DNA from: Heterodontus francisci
Lineage: Eukaryota
Length of the DNA stretch: 64,000 nt
Assembly: GCF_036365525.1 (NCBI RefSeq)
Contig: NC_090416.1
Coordinates: 14,976,945 to 15,040,944 of the forward strand
Reading direction: 5' to 3'
How positions within the stretch are numbered: position 1 is the first letter of the stretch; the number at the start of each line of letters is the position of its first letter. Of this stretch, positions 24,385-37,393 are shown piece after piece. Both the position numbers and the translations under genes were made by a program. The notes below the pieces were generated by a model. The model was not told the DNA's origin. It saw nothing but the letters and a program-made list of their open reading frames with translations, and did no database searches.

Positions 24385-27300
24385 GAGGGGGCAACTGGGG
24401 CCTACAGTTTTCGTTATTACTGATGTTTCGTGTAAGGACATAGATTATTCATGGAAACATAGAAAATAGGGGCAGGAGTAGGCCATTCGGCCCTTCGAGC
24501 CTGCTCCGCCATTTGTTATGATCATGGTTCATCATGCAACTCAGTAAACTATTCCCGCTTTCGCCCCATACCCTTTGATCCCTTTAGACCCAAGAGCTAT
24601 ATCTAACTCCTTCTTGAAAACATATAATGTTTTGGCCTCAACTGCTTTCTGTGGCAGCGAATTCCACAGGCTCGTCACTCCCTGGGTGAAGAAATTTCTC
24701 CTCATCTCAGTCCTGGAAGGTTTACCTCGTACCCTTAGACTATGATCCCTGGTTCTAGACTCCCCCACCATCGGGAACATCCTTCCAGCATCTACCCTGT
24801 CAAGTCCTGTTAGAATTTTATAGGTTTCTATGAGATCCCCCCCTCCCTCATTCTTCTGAACTCCAGCGAATATAATCCTAACCGACTCAATCTCTCCTCA
24901 TATGTCGGTCCCACCATCCCAGGAATCAGTCTGGTAAACCTTCGCTGCACTCCCTCTATGGAAAGAACTGTGTGCAATGCGCCTTTTAGTTTTGCAATGT
25001 AATCACTGTAGCAATGTCAGTTTTTGGCGGTGAGCCCGAATGTTGAATAATACCAGAAGCGTGAAATGATTGTCTGACTCAGTGACATGGAATTTCCTGT
25101 AGAATTGTCCTCAATTTCCTGTGTGTAAACTTTCGCTGTGTGTAGAATGTGGACGGATTCCCCTTTAGTAGATGACCGTGTTATGTTTGGGAACTTGTGT
25201 AACACAGCTCTTCATAAAGATGAAAGACTGACATAAAATTAAAGTGGTCTACCTTTATTCAACACTTAAAGGGACTTTAAGGAACCTGAGAGCATAATTT
25301 ATAGCAGTTGAGACAACATTATATGAAATTACAGTGCAGAAACATTTATCTCTACTATTCCCCTCAACCACTCCCCGTGGTAGGGAGTTCCACATTCTCA
25401 CCACACTCTGGGGAAAGAAGTTTCTCCTGAATTCCCCATTGGATTTGTTAATTTTAAAGACTTACCTCCTTGTTCAGGACATGATCCCTTACCAGAGGAG
25501 AAGTTTCTCTCTATGTACCCTATCAAACCCTTTTCAAAATCCAACAAACCTCAATCAAATCGGCCTTTAACATTCCATATTCCAGCAATATAGGCCTAGA
25601 ATAACTAATCGCTCCTCATAATTTAACCCTTGGATCCCTGGTAACATTCTGGTGAGTCTCCACATCATCTAAAATTCACTTTCGGCGATAGGCTGTCCAG
25701 AACTGTGCACAGTACTTCAGATATTGGATAATTTAAGAAGGGTGGGAGAGGGGAACCAGATAACGACCGGCCTGTCAGTGTAACATCAGTTGTGGGGAAG
25801 CTATTATGCTCTGGCGTTAGGGATAGAGTGAGTGAACACTTAAGCAAAGATAAACTGAACAGAGGGACCAACATGGCATTGTTAAAAGTTAAATCATGTC
25901 AGATTAATATAGTTGCATTTGAGTATTGCTGAAAACAGAGACATTTTGTCGAAACTTTTCATCTTGCACTCATCAGGACACGCCTGGAAGAATACTAGTG
26001 GAAGGGAAATCAACAAATTTATACTGTATGAGAAGAAATTGCTGATTGGATGGCAAGTGGACTCTGATTGGTAGAGGCGTTGCCACGGAGAATGCACCAG
26101 ACTCTTAGGAGCATAGGAACAGGAGGAGGCCATTCAGCCCCTCAGGCCAGTTCTGCCATTCAGTTTGATCACGGCTGATCTGTATCTTAACTCCATCTCC
26201 CCACCTTGGTTCTGTAACCTGTAATCCCCTTTCTCAATCTATCAATCTATCAATCTCAGTTTTGAAATTTCCAATTGACCCCCAGCCTCAACAGCTTTTT
26301 GGCGGAGAGAGTTCCAGATTTTCTCTCCCCTTTGTGTGAAGAAGTGTTTCCTGACCTCACCCCTGAACGCCCTGGCTCTAATTTTAAGGTTCTGCCCCCT
26401 TGGACTCCCATCTCCAGTGGGAATGGTTTCTCTCTGCCTACCCTATCGAATCCTTGAATCATCTTAACCACCTTAGTTTAAGATAGTGTTTGCTGAGAAT
26501 CTTCGGTGCTTTACATAGAGAAATAGGAGCCAACGAGCAAGATTAGGCCATTCAGCCCATCGAGCCTGCTCCGCCATTCAATATGATCATGGCTGATCAT
26601 CTACTTCAATGCCTTTCCCCCCACACTATCCACATATCCTTTATTTATATACCTTATTTAGAAATCTGTCACTCTCTACTTCAAATGTACTCAGTGCCTG
26701 AGCTTCCACAGCCCTCAGGGGTAAAGAATTCCAAAGATTCACATTGCATGTTAAATTACTATTTTGGCTGACAGAGGATCCCTTTGTAAACCTGATGAAA
26801 ACCGTTTGAGTTCTCATCTCTCTGCCGCCTTCAAATGGCTGACAGTTTTGCTGCAGCAAAATACAAGGCTGTGTAAAGAGTCGGTCATATGGGATTCCCG
26901 GAACCTGGAAAATATATTAAGACAGGGAAATAAATAGCTTTTAAAAATAATGTTTTTATCAATTTACTGGTTCTCCATAAGGCTCGAAACTGTCTTACTG
27001 TTTATAGGCAACAGGAGGCCAATATAAATCACAAAATACCTCCAATCAGGAAGAAATAAGTTTCCTCTTCAAATCAAAATAGCAAATCAGACAATTAGAC
27101 AGTTTGATTAGCAGATACGTCCAACCAAACGAATAAGACGTTCCATCCAGCTTCATCTGCCAGAGTAACTTGTTCCAGAGTCAAGGGTTACAGTTCCGGA
27201 TTATGGAGCCGGGATATTTGTTCAAGACAATAGAAAACGGCTCTCTGGCTTCCCTAGCGGCAAGCCAGGCGTGTTCGTGTGGCGGGGACGTTACTGAAAA

Positions 27301-28147
27301 AAAAGTGTTTGTCGGTTCGTCAGACACAACACCGTCTCCTTATAGCACATACACACATACATAGACACACAGACTTCGCAGACATACATGCAGAGACACA
27401 CACATGCTCTAACACAAGCGCGCACATATGTGAACACAGACACACACAAACACACACTTAAATCTTGCATGCCGACTTATGATGCAAACCATTTAGGAAC
27501 ATAATTGCAGTTCTCTTCTCAATTATCCAAGAATGTCGTCTCATTTCTGCATTTCCTAAATAGTTATTGAGGCTAAAGTATTAAAAGCAGGAATTCCACT
27601 GGGGGGTGGGGCGCGGGGTGGGGGTTGGCGGTGGCGGTGGTGGTGGTGGGGGTGGGGGGGTGGGGGGAACAAAGACTCCCTGTAAAAAACACTGCAATGT
27701 ATGGGTAACTCTAACGAAAACACTAACTGCTGGGATTACACCGTATATCAGTGTCTGTTGAAGACATTACTTCCTCAAACGTACCTTATCCTATTATTAG
27801 ATATCAGGGCGGCTATTGGATTCTCTCCATTTCCCGTTGCAGAGATTAGGAGGATTGGATATAAATTAAAATTATAATTGTAGCCTACCACTGCTCTCTG
27901 TTAACGGGACCAAACATTCTCTTCAAGCTGAAACTGCAAACAGAGAAAAGTACAAATCCTTAGTCGCCTGCCATAAATATTGAGATGGGAATTGTGGAGT
28001 GGTCTTAGAATCAATCTTAAAAGAATGCGGGAAATATTGAAATATCCACACCATTGGAATGTGTGATGGGCTTTAACTGGGTTTGACACAGTGTTAAATA
28101 CAGTGAGACTGCTAATGATGAATTTTCCGAATGGTTCAGTTACTCAC

Positions 28148-28401
28148 TTTTCATTGTGGGGTCTCCTGACTCGTTCTTCTGAAACAATAAACTGTATTAG
28201 CATTTCAAACACCCGAGAAGGGCTTCACATTGAACAAACAATTATTACAATATCCCTGCTAGAAATTAATTCCTCACCTGATCTGCCTTTTCTGAATGCA
28301 AATGGAAATGAGGATCAAGAGTCGAACCAGGATCACCGCGACGGTTATTGTAACGGGAAGGATCAGATTGCATGGCCCAACAGAGACAGAACACTTAGAA
28401 A
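28148..28401 (-). pseudogene. Orphan A-type TM exon (28401-28278) plus first cytoplasmic exon (28178-28148) of a relic gene head-to-head with A2
   Basis: PCNLILPVTITVAVILVRLLILISICIQK. The 124-nt length breaks phase. The 31-nt EERVRRPHNE exon is retained with splice sites. Confidence 0.72.
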
Positions 28402-30074
28402 CTGATGCCCGGTTAAAAGTCATTCTTTTCTGGGATTCTCTGATGGGAAACTTGACCGATTATAAAGTCGGAGCATCAAACTCGGGATATGAAATGATAA
28501 AAGAAACAGCCGATACAACTGGGAGCTGACTGATGAAAGCGCAGAATGGAATAAATTGCAGTGTTTGATACTTGAGACAGAACTCAACAAATATCATTCG
28601 GTCAAGTGATTGACTTACAGTGAAGTGTTAATTTTAATGGTATATTCCCCTTAAACTGTTAGGCAGCTCCATGCAAACATCTTGAGAAAATCGTTCCAAG
28701 ATTTTATACCCTTTTAAATGAAATAATTGGCATTAACATGTTCGACTTAAACTTTTCCACTCTATCTATCTCTATTTTTCTATCGTGATATCTATGAATC
28801 TCCATTTCTGTCTCTGCCTCCATACAACTCTATCTCCATGCTCTGGAGTGGTTGAGGTGAAATAGCAGAGAAGCATTTAAAGGAAGCTGGATAAACACGT
28901 GAAGGTGAAAGGAATAGAAGGATTATGCAGATAGGGTGAGATGAAGAGAGAGTGGGAGGATAAACACCAGCACGTAGCAGCTGGGCCGAATCGCCTATTT
29001 CTGTGCTGTCAAATTCTGTATAATTCTATGTAAGGCACCTATAGATCCTATGTCAAGGTTTACCATCTTCAGAATCAGGATGGAAACTGGGAGAAAGGAG
29101 CAAGTTATATTAATCTTAATGTTCATCAGTTGGTGGAATTAATTACTGGCAGAACAGACTCTGAATGGAGCTGACAGTGTTGTAACTTACTGAAAGTGTG
29201 AACTATTCAGAATGGAAATGTTAGATTTTTAATGACACAGAAGTCACTGGGAGAGCTTGAGACAGAGGTATATTAGCCGAGGTATAGAATATAAAATCAG
29301 GGAGTTCATGCTGGAACTGTGTAACTCATTGGTTCGGCCACAAATTGAGTACTGTGTACAGTTCTGCTCGCCTCATTACAGAAAGGATGTAATTGCACTA
29401 GAGAGGGTACAGAGGAGATTTACGAGGATGTTGCCAGGAGTGGAAAAATGCACTTATCAGGAAATATTGGATAGGTTAGCGTTGTTCTCCTTGCAACAGA
29501 CAAGGCTGAAGGGAGGTCTGATTGAAATGTACACAGTTTTGAGGGGCGCGGATAGAATGAAGGTCTATTCACCTTAGCAGAGGGCTCAGTGACGAGGGGC
29601 ATAGATTTAAAGTGATGAGTAGAAAAATTAGAGGGGAGATGAGGAAAACCTTTTTCACCCAGAGGGTGGTGGGGGTCTGGAACTCACTGCCTGATAGGGT
29701 AATTGAGGCAGAAACCCTCAATTCATTCAAAAAGAGTATGGATATGCATCTCAAGTGCCGTAATACGAAGGGCTACGGACCAAATGCTGGAAGGTGGGGA
29801 TTAGAATAGGTGGATCGTTTTTCGGCGGGCACAGACACGATGGGCCAAGTGACTTCTTCCTGTGTCTTAAACTTTCTAGGATTCTTTGAGTCAGAGAGGG
29901 GGACAGCATTGGCTGTGATGTCAGCTGTTACTGCAAACCTCCTCGAGGCCCCTCGCTCACAGCTCATTCTGTTCGGGCCGCTTTCGAAAAGGTGTGAGAA
30001 GTACTGCGAGTGGCGGAAATGGCTGGCCGAGTTTCTAGCTTGAGCGAGAAATAATGTCCGGTGGAGAAGCTTTC

Positions 30075-30089
30075 TGTGGTTTTCCTGTT
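30075..30089 (-). promoter_or_regulatory. ETS-RUNX composite site, duplicate of 7051-7065
   Basis: TGTGGTTTTCCTGTT on plus strand. Confidence 0.5.
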
Positions 30090-32620
30090 TTCACAGCTCG
30101 GGCACTCACGGAAACAATTACCTGCAAAGGTTAAACAGCGAGACTCAATGTAAAACGCACATAGGGTAGATTCATAGAATCATAAAATGCACAGGTACAG
30201 GCCGCTCGGCCCGCCGTGCCCATTCCTGCTCTCTGCAAGAACAACTGAATAGACAGCAGACTGGTATACAATAACCTCATTTACAGCATTTTCTTCCATG
30301 TGACACACGCCCTGTTTAGCCGCAAAAAATAATGTGAAATGTTATTTCCTTCTGGAGAAACGCTTTCCAATTAGATGTTTAGGAAGCCGCAATGCAAATC
30401 AGAGGAATAAAATGGTCCCATTCCGGTTAAAAGAAAAACTGCGGAGTGACTCAGCCTCAACCACCGCTGGATGCTGTGACCCGATTCTGTCCAGGTTATT
30501 TTACAGTGAACTCACTCATCCAACCGCAGAATGTGGAATGTGATCTCGGTTCAGGGTCTAACTGCAAGCCTGGTAAAGATAGGCCTCAGGTGCCGGCCTG
30601 TAGTTGCTGTGATCAAATGACTGGTTCATTCACTCGCTATAAATAATTCTAAAGCAAACCCCCTTTGATGTAATTGCTTGTGATCTTAACCAGAAAAAGT
30701 GCAAACAAAGCTCTGGGGCTCACTTCTAGAAGAATATCATTGAATCACAGAGAAGTGATGTTCTTATATGGAACCTTGCTTAGACGACACGTGGACTGAC
30801 TGAGCACAGTTCTGTTTCCCATATTTTAAATAAGGATATTGAGGCACAGGAGAAAAAACAGATAAGATTTACTAGAATGATACCAGAGTTGAAAAGTTAC
30901 AATTATCTCTGGAAAAGAGAAGGATGAGGGGAGATCTGATAGAGGTCTTTAAAACAATGAAATGGTTTGATAGGTAAGACGTTTCCACTTGTGGGGGAGA
31001 TCAGAACTAGGGGGCCATCAATATAAGATAATCAATAATAAATCCAATGGGGAATTCAGGAGAAACTTCTTTCACCAGAGAGTGGTGAGAATGTGGAACT
31101 CGCTACCACAGGGAGTGATTGCAGGGAATAGCAGAGATACATTTAAGGGGAAGCTGGATAAACAGGTGAGGGAGAAAGGAACAGAAGGATATGCTGATAG
31201 GGTGAGATGAAGAGGGGGTGGGAACATCAGCACGGAGAAGATGGGCCGAATGGACTGCTTCTCTGCTGTACATTCTATAAGATTCGTATACAATATAAGT
31301 TGTTGTTGTACTGTAACATCAAAGGACCTGAACGTTTATTGCAAAGAAGTCATAACAGTGCAGTGAATTTTCCAGTGAACAGCTGCAAACACCGAGATTA
31401 AAATACATTGTGTAACATTGCAATCATTCTTTGAAACTGCCTTTTCCGAGTTTGATCAATAAAACCATTAATAAATAGTCTTATACAACGAATTCAGAAC
31501 ATTTAGTACAGGTTAAGCCCCAATGACGTTTTGCACCATAGATTCAGTCAATGGAAACCTAATCAATGAGAGTTAACACAAAGGAGGGGAAGTTTAAGTA
31601 GTCGCACTGAACTCAAAAGGGATTCATTCATTCAGATTCTGGATAAGTGCAGTGAATGAACCTGTTTCACCCATTAGAATTCCGCGTTAAATCTCCGGGC
31701 GTCTTGTGTCCTAGGTAACAACAGACCAGTAACTAAAATCAACATGAAACCGCACACAGCTTCATCCATCATTTTCCCGTCTCGGTGCAAGAAGGTTGTT
31801 TCAAGGATGTTGTACAACCTCATTACAGAATAAATTATATTGGATTACATTCTGTATTCCTGAATTTCACTTCCCAAACCCGCGACCACTACTACCGACG
31901 CACAGTGGCAGCAGTGTATACCACCTACAAGAAGCACTACAGCAACTCACCACAGCTCCTTCGACAGCACATTCCCAACGCGGCCAGCTACAAGGACAAA
32001 GGCAGCAGATGCATTGGAAGACGACCACCTGCAAGTTATCCTCCAAGCCACACACCATATTGACTTGGAGCTATATCGCCGTTCCTTCACAGTCTCTGGG
32101 TCAAAATCCTGGAACTCCTTGCCTAAAAGCACTATGGGTGTACACGCACCACATGGACTGCAGGGGTTCAAGAAGGCAGCTCACCACCACCTTCTCAAGG
32201 GCAATTAGGAATGGGTACCAATGCCAGCGCCGCCCACATCCCAAGAATGAATTGAAAACGTTAAACTTTGGTTGCTAAAATTAGTATTCAACAGCGTGAC
32301 AAATGCGGACATCCGCACCATCACTATCCTGCTACCCACTCTGAATGACAATCCAATAAAGCTCTTTAGAGATATTCTGCCATTTGCACTAGTTTGACCG
32401 CCTTGACGCACAGACTCTGACCACAATATGTGAAACACATGAGGTGTGGGGTCCATCAGCAAGTCGCACCCAAAAGACTGAGATCCTCATAACTGCCACC
32501 GCATCTGAAGAGGCGCAACTCACTGTGACTGGGCTCAGGTCAATCAGCGCCCACTCCGCCTGCACAAACAAGCTGCTGAGAGCGAGCACGGGAAGAACTC
32601 ACCCCGGCTCCGGCCTCAGG

Positions 32621-35600
32621 ATGTTCAGAGAAGCTTTTTCTCTGATGCTCATTTTCCAAGTGCTCCGGGTTTACGGTGAGTGAGAATTCTTAAGTGGAAT
32701 CAGCCAGAGTCAATGTTCACTAAGGTGAGAATGTGACCGAGTTATCCGGTGAAGGGATTGGGCCTGATAATATTAGTTTACTTTCTGCTCCTCTTATAAA
32801 GTGAAAACAATGACATTTGAGATTAAATAGAGTCAACAAGATCTAACAGCAATAATGAGGTTGTTCTTCAATTCCAGGCGATGTGTTTCAAAGCGGCTTC
32901 TTTCCATCTCTCAATAATCAGCTGTAATGTTACAATAAACTCTGTAGTTGCAGGATCCGGGCCCTTTCTGTCTCAGAGTCCCTTCACAGTGACAGCTGAA
33001 GTCGGTCAGACGGTGGAACTAGCCTGTCACCAAAATTACCAAGTGGAAGTAGTGACTAGCTATTTCTGGTGCAAGCAGCTTGTGGGTGAAACCCCGAGAC
33101 TAATCGATATCCCACCCTGTGATGGGACCGATTGTAAGTTTGTTTCTAAAAAAGGCGAAAACGAGCATGAATTGATACTGGAAATTCGCAATGTCCAGGT
33201 GAATGACTCCGGGTCCTACTACTGTGCTGATAGGGATGGCTATGCACCGCTCCAGAATGGACCCACGCTACTGGTTGGAGGTAAGAGAGTGAGCAAATTG
33301 AATCCAGATCATGCACAGCATTATCATTTGGTGCAAACTAATCGTTAACTGTGTCTCAATCTGTGTCCAGACAGTTCCACTAACAAGACGGCGCTGCTGG
33401 TATTTGTCCCGCCTGGTGAGCTGCATTTGAGGGAAACTGTCCCCTTACTGTGTTTGGTCAGTGGCGTTTCCTCCAAGCAGATTGTTATTTTCTGGAACAT
33501 CTCCGGCCAGCACACCGAGGGATGGAGCGATTCCGGTACAATCCAGCCGGACGGGACCTACAGCATCAGAAGTCACGTAATGGTGTCGGGGGAAAGCTGG
33601 AGTAGCGACGATGTCTGTACTTGTATTGCTGAACTGGGGTCTCCGGGCAAATCCTGGGCAAACAGCGTGTCCATCTCCAAAGCAGTGTCAGGTGAGTTGG
33701 TGATTTGTACAATGAAGGCTTGTATTCAGCTTTAGCGTCAGTTGGAGGAGTTCACTGGCTTCTAAGCTCCTGCAGTCTGTAAATCAAACATCTGCACGGG
33801 ACAAACATACATATAGAAATATATCAGGACAAATAGTGTGTTCACTCTGTTCAAATATGTTGGAAGAGGTTACGGTTATCCTCTGCCCCAGATAGAGTCC
33901 TGCTTTGTATATATTTTCTCGGCTGAGTTTAGATTTCTGTGTGCCATCTTGGAATGATAGAATGATACAGAGCAGAAAGATCCCATTCGGCCCATCGTGC
34001 CTGTGTCGGTCCTTTGAAAGAGCTATCCAATCAGTCCCACCCTTTCCCCATAGCCCTGCAAAATTATCTCCTTCCAGTGATAATGCGATTTCCTTCTGAA
34101 AGTTATTATTGAATCTGCTTGCACCGCCCTTTCAGGAAGTGGATCTTGGATTGGATTTGAGTTAAATTCTACACTGAACCCGTTTTACGAGCAGAAAGCA
34201 GTGAAGGGATGAAATTGTTGGTAAAATGAACGCGCGTCTGCTGGGATGCAAAACGCCATCATTTCCACTCATTTCCTTTATCATTTCCAGGAACCTCCCT
34301 TATGAATCCCCAATTACCTCGACTGTAATTTTAATTTTACTTTGTGATATCAGCAATGGGATATAATATTAACCTCAGTATATGAGACTACCCTGAAATT
34401 GACTTGTTCGAAACTGTTCGAGTTTAACACTGATAAAGCACATGGATGCATGGACAGAAATCTTTGAAGCTGACAGGGACAAGTTGAAATGGCTGTTAAA
34501 TGACATATTGGATCCTTGGCTTTATTAATAGAGGAATCGAGCCCAAGAGAAGGTTATGCTTTATATATCGCTGGTCAGACCCCTGCTGGAAGATTGTGTT
34601 CGAATATGGGCACCACACTTTAACAAGGAATTCAAAACCTTAAGTACAGAGTAGAATGTCCTAGGGATGAGTGACTTCAGTTAATGTGGAGAGAATGGAG
34701 AAGCTGGGATTGTTCTCTTTAAAGCAGAAAGGGTTAAGAGGAGACTTAATAAAGGTGTTCAATCTCATGAAGGGTTTTATTAGAGTAAATAAGGGGAAAC
34801 TGTTTCCACTGGCAGGAGGGTCGTTAACCAGAGGACATGGATTTAAGATAATTGGTAAAAGAGCCAGACGGGAGCTGAGGAAATTTTGTTTGCACAGCGG
34901 GTTGCTGTGATCTGGCACACAGCCTGAAAGGGTAGTGGAAGCAGATTCAATGGGAACGTTCAAATGCTTGAAGGGGGTGATTGTGGTGTAGTAACAATGT
35001 CACTGAACTAGTGATATTAGCAATACTAGTAACCCCAGCTAATGCCCTGGGGACATGGTTTCAAATCTCACCATGGCAGTTGGTGGAGTTGAAACTCAAT
35101 TAGTTATAAAAATCAGTAGTAGTGACAATGAAACTACGGTCGATTGTCATAAAAACCCACCTGGTTCACTTATGTCCTTCAGGGAAGGAAATCTGTCGCC
35201 TTTATCTGCTCGGACTCTTAACTGCCCTCTGAACTGGCCTAGCAAACCACTTAGTTTAAGGGCAATTAGCGATGGGCAACAAATATCGGCCTTGCCAGCA
35301 ATGCCCACATCCCATCAAAGAATAAAAAACTAAAAGGGGATAAAAGGTGAAACAGAAGTGATATGCGACTAATTCGACAGCTCTACCAAGGAGGCAGCAC
35401 AGGCATGATGGGCCGAATGGCCTCCATCTGCGTTGTATCAATCTATGATTTCGTTTTCAAACACGATTTTGGCAATATGTTTTGGGATAGCGTGTCATTA
35501 TAGTCATGGGGTAATACTGGCAGTGTTGTCTGTCAATTCATCTCAACGACCAGGCATTGTGCAGTTTACACCATTCGGTGCTTTCACTCGCCCAATATTA

Positions 35601-36212
35601 CTCGCATTGGCTGTTTTTTTTTTCATTTCACACCGCCAATCTCAGAATGAATGATGTGACAGAGCGACAGTTTCTAAGGGTTTTGTCTCTGTAGGATCGT
35701 GCAAACTGATGCTTATTAATGTTGCAAGGCTTGTCGCCGTGATCCTGCTTCTACTCTTGATCCTCATTTTCATTTGGATTCATGAAATAGGCCGATCAGG
35801 TGAGGAATTTTTGGATATCAGGGCTATTTTAAGAATTGTTTGTTCAATGTGATTCTCTTCTCGCAGTTTGAAATGCTAATTACAGTTTACTGTTTCAGAA
35901 GAACGAGTCAGGAGACCCCACAATGAAAAGTGAGTAATTGAACCATTTGTAAAATTTATTATGAACAGTCTCACTGTATTTAACACTGTGTCAAACCCAG
36001 TTAAACCCCAACACCCATTCCAATGGTATATGTTTATATTTTCCACATCCTTTTAAGATTGATTCAAAGGCGACTCCACAATTCACTTCTCAATATTCAT
36101 GGCATGTGACCCAGGATTTACAAGAAGTAACTCTTGTTTGATATTTTTGTCCGCTTACAGTTTTAGCTTGAGCAACAGAACGGAAAGAGGGGGAAGGAAG
36201 GAGCGGCAATAG
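32621..36212 (+). CDS. Receptor A2: V(J)-C1 Ig-superfamily receptor with TM arginine and truncated tail (putative activating counterpart of A1)
   Basis: Leader 32621-32675, V 32948-33280, C1 33371-33691, TM 35695 (or in-frame 35671)-35799 (GSCKLMLINVARLVAVILLLLLILIFIWIHEIGRS), cytoplasmic 35899-35929 and 36167-36213 with TAG at 36210-36212. Confidence 0.82.
32948..33280 (+). CDS. A2 V-set exon
   Basis: 9 amino-acid differences from the A1 V exon (111 codons). WCKQ replaces WYKQ. Confidence 0.9.
33371..33691 (+). CDS. A2 C1-set exon
   Basis: LLCLVSG..FWN..DGTYSIRSHV..VCTC. Confidence 0.88.
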
Positions 36213-36620
36213 GGTAAGTTGGATTGAAATGTTGGTGTAGATTGAATAACAAAGGCGGGAAAGCTAGAGGATCAAATAAGTGCATTTCCCGCCATCAAAA
36301 TGTTCTCAACCGTGCTCCTGTCTGTTGGTCCCACAAAACAAGGTAATTTTTGATTATTAAAACTCGCAGTAATGTATCAGATGGACATTAGAGGCCGGAC
36401 ATCGGTGGTAGATCGTTCGAGTCCTTTATTGGGGGTCATTGACGTATCGGGGGATCTCTGGCATATGAGGAACATTGACGTGGATGGGAACCATTGGCGT
36501 ATTGGGGACCATTGGAAAATTGGGGACCATTGGTGGAGTGGCGGATCATTGGCGCACTGTGACTTGAATTAGCCGGAGTGGGATAATATTTCACTTCATA
36601 TCTTAATCATTAATACTCAG

Positions 36621-37393
36621 ATGACAACAGAGAAACAGAGGCGAGGTGTACACACCAGGGTGCAATATAGGTAAGCTCAGTGAAACTATTGCATAATATA
36701 CAGGAAGTTGAGCTTTTAGGATAAGGTGCCACATGTCTCATGCTGGATATTTCAGATGGTTAATAGAGCAGGACACAGTCTGGAGCATCTTCATTTGTAT
36801 CGAATCCCATTCATTGCTCCAACTAGAAACAGATCATATCCCACTCCCCTCTCCCCATCTGATTATAGAAAGGACAGGTTAATGATCCCAGTGTAATGCT
36901 TCAGTTTATGCTTCTATTTGAGATTTCCAGCTTTCTGCTATTTTTTATTCTGTCTCTCTCCAAAGTGAGAATGGTCGTTCACGTTAGTTCAGACACTTTT
37001 TGTGCATGCACATTCTGCAAGAGATTCTCAAATTTATAATGAGGGCGGTGGAAGTAGATTTAATTGTAAATCTCAAAAGGGAGTTGGCTAAATACATGAA
37101 GAATAAATGTGTTGCAGGGCTATGGGAATAGAGCAGGGGGGACTGGGACCAATTGGATAGCTCTTTCTAAGAGCTGGCACAGGTATGATGAGTCAAATGT
37201 GCCCCTTCTGTGGTCTATCCATTCTATGAAACGAAGAAAAGCGATTCCATATCGGGATAATTTGTCCTGTCTTGCACTATCGTTGAATATTAATGTGCTA
37301 TATGTTTTCCAGTCTCATGGCGGCCCACTCTACGCCTCCCTGGAGTTTGCTGCATTGGAAAGAGATCAGAAAAAGAAGGCAGTTTGCAGATGA
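36621..37393 (+). other. A2 downstream tail exons, beyond the stop: 36621-36670 (second TAG) and terminal 37313-37393 SHGGPLYASLEFAALERDQKKKAVCR*
   Basis: 50-nt exon homologous to A1 500-451. Strong acceptor (gttttccag) before a phase-0 exon with YxxL. AATAAA at 37749. Confidence 0.65.

Larger units (their letters stand above)
26130..36970. repeat. Inverted copy X' of arm X
   Basis: See arm X. Confidence 0.85.
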
